A stretch of 64,000 nt of DNA from Chiloscyllium plagiosum (Eukaryota). The notes beneath the pieces are model-generated. The model saw only the letters and a program-made list of their open reading frames with translations. It searched no databases and was not told the DNA's origin. Below are positions 49,061 to 61,890 of the stretch, in pieces. The stretch lies in assembly GCF_004010195.1 (NCBI RefSeq), contig NC_057714.1, positions 27,207,192 to 27,271,191 of the forward strand, read 5' to 3'. A program made the translations under genes and the position numbers. Positions within the stretch are counted from its first letter, which is position 1, and each line of letters begins with the position of its first letter.

Positions 49061-49354
49061 TAGCATCTGCCTGGTAGTCACAACCTTCTGGTTTTTAAGT
49101 ACTTAGTAACGGAGGGAGTGAATTTTAAAAATGTTCTTGGAGAATTACTTCCATAACAGAATCAGATGGATTCACAGTTATTTAGTTTCAACTTTTCAAA
49201 CACTATATAGGTTTTCCCACACTGCTTCATCATATTCCAAAGTTTCTGCCTGTGAGTTCAGGGACCAATTCACATGCACTGAGAATACTTTTTTTTTGTC
49301 ACTTCATAATCAATAGCAACCTCCTCAGAATACAAGGCATAAATTTCCGAAGCT

Positions 49355-49460
49355 GTGGAGATAGTAAGGGTCCTGACCTGAAACTGTGACTTTCCTGCTC
49401 CTCCAATACTGTCTGACCTTCTGTGCCTTTCCAGCACCACATTTTATTGACTGTAACTTC
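49355..49460 (+). repeat. Decayed PLE pLTR-related fragment
   Basis: aagggtcctgacctgaaactgtgactttcctgctcctccaatactgtctgaccttctgtgcctttccagcaccacatttt resembles the family A pLTR. Confidence 0.6.
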
Positions 49461-50502
49461 CTGAGCTCTGCCCACCAGCCAGTTTTGCATAAGCAATGTC
49501 CAGTTTTCTGCTGCCACCCCTAGTTGTTTTTCAAAAGAAATGAAAAATGCCCCAGCACCTTTTCATCAAATTTTAGGAGGGCTTGTACAAATTTACTTAG
49601 CTCCCCAGTGTATTTTGGATCGGACTCAAATCTTCCCTCATCAGAATGCTCCCAGAGTCAGAGCTTTCTTTTTCCAGTTTCAGCCTTTTTACCCAGTATT
49701 CTCTGCCTCTCTCCATTTCTTTTGCTGGCCTGATATGCTCCTTCCGTTATCGCTCCTCCATCTGAAGCGTTCTTTCTCTTTCTTTACCTCAAGACGTAAA
49801 AGAAAATTCTATTTCCTTTTTTATATCAAGCTACCTCATCTGCAAGTAAATTCTTGCTAACTCAATTGACCTACCATCTGGTTTGCATTGTTGCTTTTCC
49901 AACTTCAAATATTGTGCTATTACCTCAATTACATCAGACAACCTAGTCCCAACTTTTAATTCTAACCCTAACTTCCCAGCAAATGCAATTAGCCTAACTT
50001 TGTTTTTTTATTGCAAATAATTCCAGGATAAATCTTCCACCTCTAAAAAAATCTCTTAGCAATTGCCGGAACTAATTTGATGTAATAATGCACAAAGAAA
50101 CCTGGTGTATACTCATTCAACTTTTTCCGATTATCAGCATCTAACTTTGAATTAATCAATGTTCTCATTGCGTATCCTGCTGTGAGTCCCAATCTTTTTG
50201 TTATGACTGAGGGTAAATGAGTGCACCATCACTCTAGTTCTGCTATTCCATGGGCCACAATATAAACCAAAAATAATTTTCATGTTTACCAAGAAGTCTA
50301 ATGAAATGCCTTATCAATCAAGTTTTAAACAAAACAAGATCTATCAATCAAGTTTCTTAATAAACACAAATATTGGTTTATGATCAAAACAAAACATATT
50401 CACAAAAGATGCCACAATTGATTAATATAAAAAGTCAGGAGTATAAAACTGTAAATATCTGTATCTAGAAAATCTTGAAAGCATACACACAATGACACAC
50501 AA

Positions 50503-50557
50503 GCTCTCTCTCTCTCTCTCTAACTTTCTCTCTCTCTATCTCTCTCTCGCTCTCTCT
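50503..50557 (+). repeat. (CT)n microsatellite, imperfect
   Basis: ctctctctctctctctctc... Confidence 0.9.
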
Positions 50558-50992
50558 TCAGAAAAAGAGAAATGGATTTCTCTGTGGAGATTGACTTCCT
50601 GAGAAACAAAGCACTTAGACCTCCACTTTGCTCATAGCAGAGCAACATTGTTTTCAGAACTGAAAGTTTGCATGGGAAAGATATTACAGCAGCATTGGGA
50701 TACAAAAGACTTAAACAGCTTTAAAGCAAGAGGAATAAACAATCACTTGGGATGTGAGTGTTACTTTGGAAGGCACAAGGATAAAGCATAGAATATTCTG
50801 GAGCTAGTTACTTGGATGTTCTGGCATGAGTGGCCAAGTCATCATTATCTATGAAGTCTTGCAGCCACAGCTTGCTCCAGAATTATAATCTCGAAATCGA
50901 AGAGATTAGCTAGGTAGCTTCTTCATAGCATATTTTCCTCCAACTTAACTTGTTCTTAACAAGTTTTCCTCAAATTAACATGTTCTTGACGG

Positions 50993-51120
50993 AGTGAAGA
51001 AGAATCACATCAAACTCGAAAAGTTAACTCTGTTTCTCGCTCTTCAGAAGCTGCCAGACCTGTTGATTTTCTCCAGCATTTTCTATGTTTCAGATTTCCA
51101 GCAATCATAGTATTTCTCTT
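50993..51120 (+). repeat. Old PLE pLTR-derived fragment with decayed hammerhead
   Basis: gtgaagaagaatcacatcaaactcgaaaagttaactctgtttctc...gctgccagacctgttgattttctccagcatttt; same family as 40804-40919. Confidence 0.55.
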
Positions 51121-51124
51121 TCAG

Positions 51125-51432
51125 CCAAGATCCTGAGAGATCTTAACAAAGTGGATGTGGAAACGATAATTCCTTTTATGGGGGAATCTAGAACTGGAGA
51201 TCACTGTTTATAAATAAAAATGTTAACTCTCCTCTTTTGGGCTAAGATGATTATTTTTATTAATCCTTAAGACTCTTTTCCTCAAAAAGTGGTGAAAGCA
51301 GATTCTTTGAAAAATTTTAAGGCATATGTGGATAAATTCTTGAACAGTAAAGGGACGAAAGATTATCTCGGATATAGGATAATGGCAGAGCAGGTTTGAG
51401 GGGCTGAGTGGTCTAAATCTGCTCCTAATTCA
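51125..51432 (+). mobile_element. CR1-type LINE 3' fragment
   Basis: gaatctagaactggagatcactgttta; tail ggcagagcaggtttgaggggctgagtggtctaaatctgctcctaatt. Confidence 0.7.
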
Positions 51433-52892
51433 TAAGTGTGATATGAAGCATGGTAACTTGTACTCAGCATACTCTCACAAACAGCAAATATTCAATTGGT
51501 TAACCTGTTTTGGTTGTCCTTGTTTTATAAGGCAAAGTTAGAAAGTGTAGTAAGCTCTACCAATCTGATAATGTCATACAGGCTTTGGTTGGGTAAAGGC
51601 CAAAGCATCTTATGAAGTCATGGATTGAAGACTCACCTTCATAATTCTCTTCACAACAGCTATCTTACCAATGTAGTATGTACCAAATTGGTGTTACACC
51701 ACAAGCTACACTTGTTAAGACAGTATAGCTTTTCTTACTAAGACACAATTAATGGAAGTTCCTGTGACACTGGAAGAGAAGTCAGCCCCTCGTCCAGTCA
51801 AGGAAAGAGGAATAATGACAACAACCTTTGATACACCATGGTCACATAGCGGTCATCAGTGAACATCATTGCTTCATACAACCAAGAAAACATCCACTGG
51901 ACCCAGGAGAAGAAATTTCCAGAAGGCCAAGTGAGTTTATGGCTTTAAAGACTTTACCACTTGAAGAACTGCTCGCACAGACAGGCAGCAGCTGCAACCA
52001 CTTGAATGAACAACCAGTCAGCAAGAACTCATGGAAAGACAAACACGAAAGAAACAAAACTCCAGATTTAAACCTTTCCTTCAAACCTGGCAAGAAGTGC
52101 AAAAGAAGCAATGTGGGCCAGGAAGAGCTTAATCTTAATATTTGCTGGCAGTTACAAATTCCAACAGAAAGCAGGGATTTATAGGAGCAATCTTGGTTTG
52201 AGATTTGGCTAGGAAGAAAACTTAATAGAGTTCCATGAGTAAAAATCCCTGTTGGGCAGAAAAAATATTTAGACTAACAGCACAAAATGTAGCCTACAAG
52301 AGAAGGCTATAAATAAAATATACTTAGTTTGCAACATGTCTTGCTTCCACTGAGTAGACATCATGAGGGACGGCTACAGTAGAGAGGTCAAGGGTCATGG
52401 TAGTAATTTGTACTGACATTGCAGCAGCTGGGAACATGGTGGAGCAGAAGTAAGGTGATAAAAACAACAATTTAAAAGCAAAAGCAGAGACTAACAGAAG
52501 AAGATAGAAAGCTTTTGATGCTGATGTCAGAATGAGTGAGACATAATTCAAACCATTTTTCAATGGGGAAAGCTGCAGGCTTTATTTGGAAAGTTATGGA
52601 GAGGAAAGGCCATTGTTTATTAAGCAGCAACAAGTGGTAAATCTTCCATTTTACCTGCAAAATAATTGTAAAACTGAATTTTGCTTCAGAACTTTGGACC
52701 ACATCAGAGCAATGTCACTTTCAGAACCGAAAGTTTTGAAAGGAAAGGTCAGCACTGGGATACAGCAGAATTAAAAGACTTTAAAGCAAGAGGATTAAAT
52801 AATCTCATGAGATAGGAGTGACTGTACTTGAAATCAAGGCCACGTTTTGCTGTTGGTTGCATCAAAGAACTCTAGCTTCTTGTGCAGGTAAT

Positions 52893-53118
52893 GGTTCAAT
52901 TCCCACCTCAGGCAACTCTCCGTGTGGAGTTTGCACATTCTCCCCATGTCTGGGCGGGTTTCCTCCCACAATCCAAAAATGTGCAGGTTAGGTGAATTGG
53001 CCATGCTAAATTGCCCATAGTGTTAGGTGAAGGGGTAAATGTAGGGGAATGGGTCTGGTTAGTGTGGACTTGTTGGGCGGAAAGGCCTGTTTTCACACTG
53101 TAAGTAATCTAATCTAAT
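52893..53118 (+). mobile_element. HE1-type SINE, 5'-truncated
   Basis: B box ggttcaattccc, core gtgcaggttaggtgaattggccatgctaaattgccc, tail gtaagtaatctaatctaat. Confidence 0.88.
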
Positions 53119-53234
53119 ATTTAAAAAAAAGTAATGCCAACAAGTGCCAGGCAATAATCATTGCCCCTTGACATTCAGTGGCATTACCATAATTGAATTC
53201 CCCATGACCAATATTCAAGGGTTATCATTGGAGT

Positions 53235-53620
53235 AGAAGAAGGAGAGGTAGCCTTATTGAAACACAAAAGTTTCTCAGAAGACTTGGCAGTGTAGTGTTG
53301 GAAAGATTGTTTTCCCATGTGGAAGAGTCAAGAAACAAAGAGCCAACTAAGGGTTTGCTGATTTAAGACAGAGATGAGGAGAAATTTCTTCTCTGAGTGT
53401 TATGAATCTAGGAAATTCATTACCACAGCAAGCTATTGAGGCTAGGTCATTAAATATGTTCAAGACTGAGATTAGACTGATTTTTAATAATAGAATCAAG
53501 GGTTAAAGAGAAAATGCAGGAGGGTTGAGGATTATCAGATTAGCCATGATCTCATTGGAGATGAGATGGCTGAGCAGAATCAATGAGATGATTGGCCTAC
53601 TTCTGCTCCTCTCTCTTCTA
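53235..53620 (+). mobile_element. CR1-type LINE 3' fragment
   Basis: tttaagacagagatgaggagaaatttcttctct; ttatcagattagccatgatctcattg. Confidence 0.75.
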
Positions 53621-53639
53621 GGCTTATCATGTTATAAAT

Positions 53640-54195
53640 ATTGTGGTTATACCAGCAGGACTAGGAATCCTGCAACATGCGAATCACTTCCTAATTCCCC
53701 AAAGCCTGACCACTTGTGCAGCATGCCTGTTACTTTCCATTTGTACATGGTACCAGGCAGGAGTTTTATTGAAAACTCCTCACTCGCTTGAATGAGTGTG
53801 GTTGCAACTACACTTAAGAATCTTGACACCATCCAGGAAAAATCAGCCCTCTTGATTGGCACCACATTCGCAGACATTCACTCATCTACCACTGATGAGT
53901 GACATCTACAAGATATAAGATCCACTGTAGAAATTCACCAAGGATTTGGAGAACTGTTTAGGTTATCAAAGACGGCAGATATTTGGGAACACCAGCACCT
54001 GCAAGTTACACTTCAAGCAACTCACCATTCTGACTCGGAAATGTATCAATATAACTGGGTCAGAATCCTACAACTTCCTCTCTAGACCAATAGGCTGCAG
54101 CAGTTCAAGAAGGCAACTCTTCTCAGTGCAACTAGACTGGGAAATAATTGTTGGCAGACGCAACAATGTCTACATGCCATAAATAAACAAAAAAA
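53640..54195 (+). mobile_element. CR1/L2-type LINE 3' fragment
   Basis: ACLSVVATTLKNLDTIQEKSALLIG-like C-terminus; tail ending ccataaataaacaaaaaaa. Confidence 0.65.
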
Positions 54196-54289
54196 TTAGG
54201 AAGTTCATGGCAGGAGATATTACCTGTAAGATTATATGTCAGAGATGGGTTGAATAGAAGATAGTTTAGTGAAATCAGTTCTTAAGATT

Positions 54290-55960
54290 AAGGATTACTT
54301 CAAAGTGATATAATAAAGCTCAAGATCAATAAGCAATTATGTAATCATATTCAATAGGTAATACACCTGATAATATTACGGATTCCCAAATCGTAAAGGA
54401 AACCACAAATATTTTTGAAGATATATTATAAGTTTGTATGATACATTATAGTCCAAAGCAGCTCTGACCTTGGAAAAAATGATTCATATTGTGTTAGCAG
54501 GAGAAACCAGGATGACTCAAAGACAATCCCTGAGAGGAGAAGGACAACCTCATTACAGGAGAGCAGCGGAAACTCTCCATTGGTAAGGTATCAAACACTC
54601 CAATGACAAGTGGGATAAGTCAACACAAATAGTAGGTCAAACCACTCTTAGTAGATGCTACTGTCAGTGTTTTTAAAAAATCCTCACACGAACAAGCAGT
54701 GCTATTTGTGACAAAAGTATGCTTTATCTGTAAAGTGGGGGTCATTTCCAGAAGATGTGCAAAAATAGGATGCAATTTCAGAGTAGCAAAAGTCACATAG
54801 CTATTTGCACAAAGATAGTAATGAGGGAGAACATTACAGAAGATAGCCAACACATTCCCAATATTAATTGACAATCCAACTGAGTTGATGCTTCTCAGAA
54901 CCTGTTTACATCAATGGACGTCTTATTTACCTTATGCTTGGTATAGGGCAAGTGTCACTGTCTTATCTGATCAAATACCATGGATGAAGAAACTGAAGTT
55001 ACAAGCTACAGTGATCAAACTATATGGCTCAAGTGGCATAAGACTGAAGTTTATGGTTAAGCTAAAAGTAACTTTTCATCACAGAAACTGTAAACAAATT
55101 AAACATGCACATGTGACTTACAATCGTCACTGCTCACTTTTGAGCCCAAATGCATGTCTTTACCTCAACATCCTTGAGGTAACAGAAGGTATTCACTCGT
55201 AACAAGAGACAGTAAAATAGACAAATCAAGCCATGCCAACTGGATTCAAGGGAAGTTCAGTCAGAGAAGCACTGATCCAGCAACAGGAAGTTGCCATTCA
55301 AAGTCAAGGGGAAACAGTAAAGGATTTACTGGGCTCGCAAGACCAACTCATGTTGATAGAAGACAGTCATTTCACAGTGTCAACAAGAAGGAAGTCTGTT
55401 ATTATACAGGAATTGTGGAAATATTTTCTATTCTATCATCATTTAAAAAAACCCTTCAAATAGCAGAAGACAAAGAATTGAAATTTTCTCTTGAGTTCTC
55501 TCCTTATCTGACATCAGATGATGAAATGACACATAAGTTCAACAGTAGTGTTTCAATTCTACATCTTCTAAAGCAGAATTCTTAGCACCAGTGACAGAGA
55601 TGATGCAATACTCCAGTAGTACGACTGAGAACAACAACCAAGGAAGGTGAATAAAAAATAAACTCATCAAGAAATTAAAGAGTTTACATACTTCAGCAGA
55701 TTGAGAATAAAGATTTTCTTGCGAAAAATGATGATGAACATTGTACAATTCCATGAAAGCCAGAGCAGTGCCCATAGATTCAGGACATTGTCAATAAGAA
55801 GAATGTCAATAGATGTTTTATTAACTTTATGCTTGATACAGACTTGTCTGATCGATTCAACATACTGCAAAGAAGAAAGCATTTGTTTCCACCAAGTAGC
55901 CATCTTCCATGATGGAAATTTATGAAGTGCAAGTTTTCCCAGATTTTGATGTGGGGAAAG
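54290..55960 (+). mobile_element. Highly degenerate Gypsy gag-protease remnant with later pol fragments
   Basis: ASVTVLSDQIPWMKKLKLQATVIKLYGSSGIRL...SLLSPNACLYLNIL resembles retropepsin (D)TGASVTVLS...LLGR..C..L; IVQFHESQSS resembles the integrase Zn-finger region. Confidence 0.5.
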
Positions 55961-58348
55961 TACCCAAAATAAATTCAGCAGTTTAATGGTCCTTCAGATA
56001 AGGTCATGGACCATTTGGGTTAGCAGGAATGATGTCTTCTGCAGCTAACATCCAAGAGGTAAAATGTCCTCCATGGTGAAACAGTTAACAAACCAAGCAG
56101 GGTCAAGATCAGAATCATGGTCAACAGACCTCAAGTCAAAGCCCTAAAGAAGTTTTAGGTCTGAAGGTAAATCATTCTGAACTACTTGAACATGTGAAGT
56201 CAGGGACTTGGGGGGAGATGGGGTAGGGGCCATAATTATAACCGTGCCTTCACCAGTGTTAAATATGGAGGTAAAGGCTTGGAGTCAGATGTATGGTTCT
56301 GAAAGGGTTAATGTTGGATGTTGCATTGAGCTCCACCCAATCTGATGATGTTATTCAGGCCTGGGTGGAAACTGGGCAGCACATCTTAATGTGAAGACCT
56401 ACACAGTTCTCCTTACAGTCTAAGTAACAATGTTTACTTTACTGATGTAAGTTATATTTAGTTGCTACCGTGCAAAACATTCTATCTTATTTAAGATAAA
56501 AGTCTCTTTTTGTTAGGACCCACTATTAGCTGTTCCTCTACGACTGTAAACCAGAAATCCCTTTAGAGCCAGTCAAGGGCAAAGGAATGTTAACAGCATC
56601 CTTATACTCATAAATATCACAATGTTGTTTGATGTAGAAGTGTTGGCTGGGAGACCTCCCCCTTCTTGTAAAGATTGTGAAATGGAAAAGTGTCCAGAAT
56701 GACAAAATTATCAATGAAAGTAGGGAAGGCAGAATGCAGAGAGTGTTTTACATCTACTCCAGTCGTCAATCATTGCTAAGCGGTTGCTGTGATTAAAAAT
56801 TTTTGTATTGTTCCATTAAATTCCCAGCCTACAAGAAAAGATGCTTCTTCCCATTTGGGCTAAAATCTAAAATATCCCAATCCTAGCCAAAGCCTAGGGC
56901 CATCTGCAGCATTCATGATACTGAGTTTGTACCAGATGAATCAAATAATTTCTGGTCTGACTTTTTCTGTCTTTGAATCACAGCCTCCATTGCTTTTATT
57001 GAAAGTTTGAAGTAATTCACAAAACTGAAAAATGGAACAGAATTAATAGCTTTAATTTTATTATTGTACCTTGCCGTTGAGCAGAGTGAGGAATCTAGTG
57101 CCCTCCGACTGTGGTGAGTTTGGTGATGGGAAAGCATTTGGTCAGGATCCCATTGCTTTCCCACCTCCACCACAATTGATCTCTGGCTGTAAAATCCATT
57201 TCCCTGGGTGGCCTTCCTGCTCCTAATCAATTGAGGCCCTTAAGTGGTCAAATAAGGGCCAGATCATGCCAAGGTTGATCTTAACCCAGGGGTTGGAGAG
57301 GGACTTACCTCCTCAGGAGCATAATGAGCAAACCATGTGGAGTTGTTTACAGGTTCCCAGGCATGGACTCCTTGTTCAAAGGCACTTGGTGACTGATCAA
57401 GGGATGTCTGATCAAATGTCGGGGAGAGGCACTTAAGCGCTATTTCTCTGTCATTCTAGATCCTCTCCTGACATCTGCACCTCATGACGCACCCCCCTCC
57501 CTCTCTTTCTCTCTGCCATCGCTCTCCTCTACAGTGTCAATCCTCAGTCCTAGGCTTCAGGTGGATGATGGATGAGTAGCAGCCACTTCGTAGCATTATG
57601 AAGTACAGAAGAGCCGTTGGGCTTTAATTGGCTGGCAGCCCACAGTGGGCAGGACCTCTGCCACTGGCGTACTTGTTGCTGGTGAAAGCCCATCACCAGC
57701 TGGTGAAGTGCTTTAGTAACATAAGAAGCTGGGGCCTTCACAAAAAGAGGTGACATGAATGTCTAACCAGCAGCCATGATACCTCTTTTCTCCACAACAT
57801 TTCATTTGTAATAATTGATGCTTTGCGAACCTTATTCATGGATGAATTTAATTGTTGTCCCAAACTTCTTCAGATCATTATTTCCAGTGCCAGGAAATCG
57901 GTTTAATGGATATTTAATGCTAATCATCCCCATTCACCTGCTTCTGTTAGATGTTGGCTGTGATTCGAGTTAAGAGTTGACAGTAACTTATCCTAAATGT
58001 GAAGAAAAATCTCTCAGGACCGGCTCACTGCTGAAAGCATAATGATCTCAGATCTTTTCCAGTCAAATTGGCGAAAACTCAAGGTGAAGGAGGAAACTTG
58101 GCCCCAAAAAAGGAACAAGTCCATTTTTTAAAAATTGTGCAACAAAAACATGAATAATATTATGAAATTCTGTTTTAGCTCTGCCAAATTCCCACAGTCA
58201 GATTTTGTTTTTTCCAAATCTTTTATGTTGAAGCACATTGAAACTAAGCACCAGGAATCTCTGTGGAGGTTTCCTGACCAACTGCTATAACTTCATTGAA
58301 TGGGTGGAACTCTTAAAAGGGCAAGTATCAAAGGGCCATTCATTTGAA

Positions 58349-58711
58349 GGCAATGGCCGAGTGGTATTACCACTAGACTATTAAACCAGAAACTAATGTA
58401 ATGCTCCAGGGTTCTGGGTCCATAACCCAACCATGGCAGATGGTGGAATTTGAATTCAATTTTTAAAATCAAGACTTAAGAGTCTAATGATGAAATCATT
58501 GCAACTTGTCAGAGGGAAAAAAAAAGTCTGGTTCCCCAATGTCCTTTAGGGAAGGAAATCTTTCATCCTTACCTGGTCCGGCCTAAATGTGACTCCAGAC
58601 ACACAACAATGTGGTTGACTCTTCACTGCCTTCTGGGCAGTTAGGGATAGACAATAAATACTGGCCTAGCCAGCAGCACCCACATCCTGTGAATGAATAT
58701 TAAAAAAAAAA
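58349..58711 (+). mobile_element. tRNA-headed SINE (not HE1) with LINE-like 3' tail
   Basis: A-box-like tggccgagtgg; core gggaaggaaatct...ccttacctggtccggcctaaatgtgactccaga; tail gggcagttagggatagacaataaatactggcctagccagc...catcctgtgaatgaatattaaaaaaaa; partial minus-strand copy at about 9500-9630. Confidence 0.8.
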
Positions 58712-59329
58712 GGTCATGTAGCCTTTGCAATCAATATTCTTTTATAGTTACAGAGGTGAATTGGAAATTCTTCTCCAAAATATTTCTAAAGTTTTATATA
58801 ATCTCCAAACATCACAAGAGCGTGGACAGGCATATCTAATTAACAACATGTCCCCTCCCTTTTCACTTCTTCAGGTAGAGAAATATACCAAACGTAGTAT
58901 GAGGTGACTGAAGAATCTCGTTATGTCAATCTGACTAGTAGATTTTTGTATTACTTGCTTTTTGCCAAATCACTTACAAGGATAGTCATTCAATAGTCTT
59001 GATATTCCTCTCTGGCTCCTATGCTTGGATGCACAGTTAAGAGAAAAGGAGTATTGGTCCAGAATAGTAGTTCTACATCTGCTTTACATTTGCCTCCAAG
59101 TTGACTTGATTGTTTTCAGCCTCAAAGAGGCATTGCTATTAAAATCATATGCAAACCCAGTTTCATGGCTGGTAAAACTTAAAGTACAAGTCGAATTTGT
59201 AAAATGTGTTATGAAAGGTATTTTTTTTTCATGTAAAGGATATCAGAAGTGCTTTCGAATGGGTTTCCTCAATTCCCATTGGTCACAGCTTATGTGAAAC
59301 GTAAGCACTCAGGTGACAAAGGTTACAAA

Positions 59330-59620
59330 CAGCGGAGTGCATAGTAATAAACCATTCAGCCCCCCAAACCTTCCTGATCTGTTTCTGTTTGGAATTCCAC
59401 ATTCCTATCTACCTCCAATAGCCTTTGATTCCCTTTCCTCGCAAGAATCACCACCGCTTTCTGAGGCAAGGTTCCAGAGTTGAGTAATTGTTTGAGATTA
59501 ACTTTCTCCACAACTGTGTCCTAAAAGGGTGACCCCAAATTTTGAAACAGTATATGCTAATTTTGTACTTACCAGCAAGAGGAAAAATTGTTTCTATGTC
59601 CAGCTCATGAATACCATTCA
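59330..59620 (-). mobile_element. CR1-type LINE 3' fragment
   Basis: ILNGIHELDIETIFPLAG....FKIWGHPFRT. Confidence 0.7.
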
Positions 59621-60529
59621 AGATGTTATTGTTCTGATCACAATTGATGTTACTATTGTACACGTAGAATCCAAGAATTAAATCTGGCCGAATAGGTCAT
59701 ATTTTATTCTTCTTTTTCAATTTACAGTGATGGTCTTTCACTGAAACATAAGCACACAAGGCTGCAGATTTGGTTTTAACAATAAAACAGAAGTTTATTA
59801 CATGAAAGAAATTAAAATTTTAATAAAACAAACCAAGGGATCTAAATGTGACTTGGCTTGAAATACTTCAAAACATGCAGCAAACAAATCCCATTTGCTC
59901 CTCAACACAATAATCTTACAGTATCAAAATCCAAGGAAATTTCCCTTTTCTGTCTATCTATTGGTTTCACTTCACTGCTTCTTCTCAGTTCTTGTCCTGT
60001 GAGCCACAAAACCTTTTCCTTGAATCCACACACAACTGAGGTTTGATTCATTCATTTAGACTTTCTCAGCTAGGAAGAACCGATGCAGATTTCTAATCAA
60101 ACATTCCTAGTCTGGAAGTTTCACAAACTTCACTCTTTCATTGAAGAAACCTATTTCCTTAATTGCTTTGAACAATCTCTTCTTTTCGAGAGGAGATGAT
60201 ACTTGCTTATGTTAGGTCACCTTTGAACTCAAACAAAAGCTTTTTAATTAAGGTTGAAAAACTTGCTCATCTGAAATTCTGATATAGTTAATGGTTTAAT
60301 ATTTTTCCTCTCCTGTTGTAATCCCAACAATATAAACACACTTCCATTAACACTCCAGGGGTCCTTACAGTCACCTGCTCTCCGTGACACATGCTGATTT
60401 AAAGTTATGCTTCTGGAAAGTGACCTATTTCACTTTTAAACCCCTTTTATAAAAACAAGCCAGCATCCAAATGCAAATAGTTTAAAATTCAAATTTTAAA
60501 AAAATCACACACTTTTTATCTGATTATAC

Positions 60530-60770
60530 CCTTCAATTAAGCCACCCCTTATTCTTTTAAACTCTACCCACTCTAACCCACTCTAAACACATAAGACAAC
60601 CCATTCGTTCCAGGTTTCAACCTCATAAACTTCTTCTTGTCTGCTTCCAATACATTTAATCCTCTCTTAAACAAGGACACCAGAAATACATAGTGTTTGA
60701 GATGTGGTATCATTAATAACTTGTAAAACTGAAGCATAACATCTTTATTCATGTTCACTTCCACTCAAAG
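60530..60770 (-). mobile_element. CR1-type LINE fragment
   Basis: NKDVMLQFYKLLMIPHLKHYV...VLEADKKKFMRLKPG..GLSY. Confidence 0.75.
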
Positions 60771-61890
60771 TAAAGGTTGCATGAGAGACACATTAACTCT
60801 TAAAGGGACTAGCAGGATGTTCCTTAAAAAACAACAAACCTGAATAGGTCCTTGGATCTTGGAGTTTGGTTAGGAATTCACAAGACCTAAGCTTGTACTG
60901 GTAGGTCATTTGAACTGATGTCTGGGATGTGTTGCATCCCTGTCTGCAGGATTCAGTGTATCCTCTATTTTGTATTTAAACAGAAAGAGAAGTAGTCAAT
61001 GGAAAATGATTTCATTTTCACTTTCCAATTTGTGCATGCAACAGCCTGAAGTCAGAGGAATCCTTCTTTCAGCTTGATCATGATATTCTTGACCTATTTG
61101 CAAACTTTGACATGTGGATGTTTTATAGGGCAGACAATTGCTTGCCACATCCCTGACTAAAAAAAGGGTCAAAAATTGAATGAATCAAACCTCAAAAAAG
61201 CAATATATTACATTTGAACTTACTGTAGTTAAGTTAGAGTGGGATTACTGCACCTCAGTGAGAAGAAACACCAGCCTTCAACTCCTCTGTCTCAACAAGG
61301 ATGGACCTCAGCTGTGCCACTGCTGGAACTACAAGTAATTTGAGGATAAAGGAACTACTGGATCACCCAAGTGAGGTAAGTCGGGGCTACTTGGCAGGGA
61401 GGTACAGGACCAGACTGTTGGCTATTTTCTGTTCGACAACTGCCCCACCCAGTAGTTTAAGCCGGACAGTAATGTCTGCTCAGGGGGTAAAATCTCATGT
61501 TCCTAAGGTCCACATGACTTTCTTGTTGCTTCAGCCTCTGATTTCCCATCCCTCACATGTTCACCCCCTGAATCAAAAGTAGAGCTACTCTTACTACATT
61601 TGTCAGGATTCTGAATAAATTAAAGCTGCACCACAGAAATAAGTTTTTACTCTGTATAATTTCTTTGAGAAATTCAGTACCATCAAGTGGTATCAATTGC
61701 GCTCCATTAGAATAAATAAATAAATAATGCACAGAAGAAAAGCATTAGTCAACAAAAAAAGTCAACCAATGACTCATCAGCATAAAATAACAACTTAACC
61801 ATGTCAAATCAAGCTATTGTTATTTATCTACATCTCTGTTTTGTTCTCCATCTGTTTATGCTTGCAAGTCCACAAGTTCTAGCAAGTCAG

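Larger units (their letters stand above)
46470..50198 (-). mobile_element. Degenerate Gmr1-like Gypsy LTR retrotransposon internal region (gag, integrase tail, RT, RNase H)
   Basis: gag-like KFVQALLKFDEK...AENWTLLMQNWLVGRAQEV; integrase tail NYFINIPDCQEKNWQWHIETLKHY upstream of RT KPDGSTRFYTDNRKISATAKVDSYLI; RNase H DAVLLQEDGMRIEKPVGYLSRKLK; weak tRNA-Pro-like PBS at 50174-50191. Confidence 0.8.
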
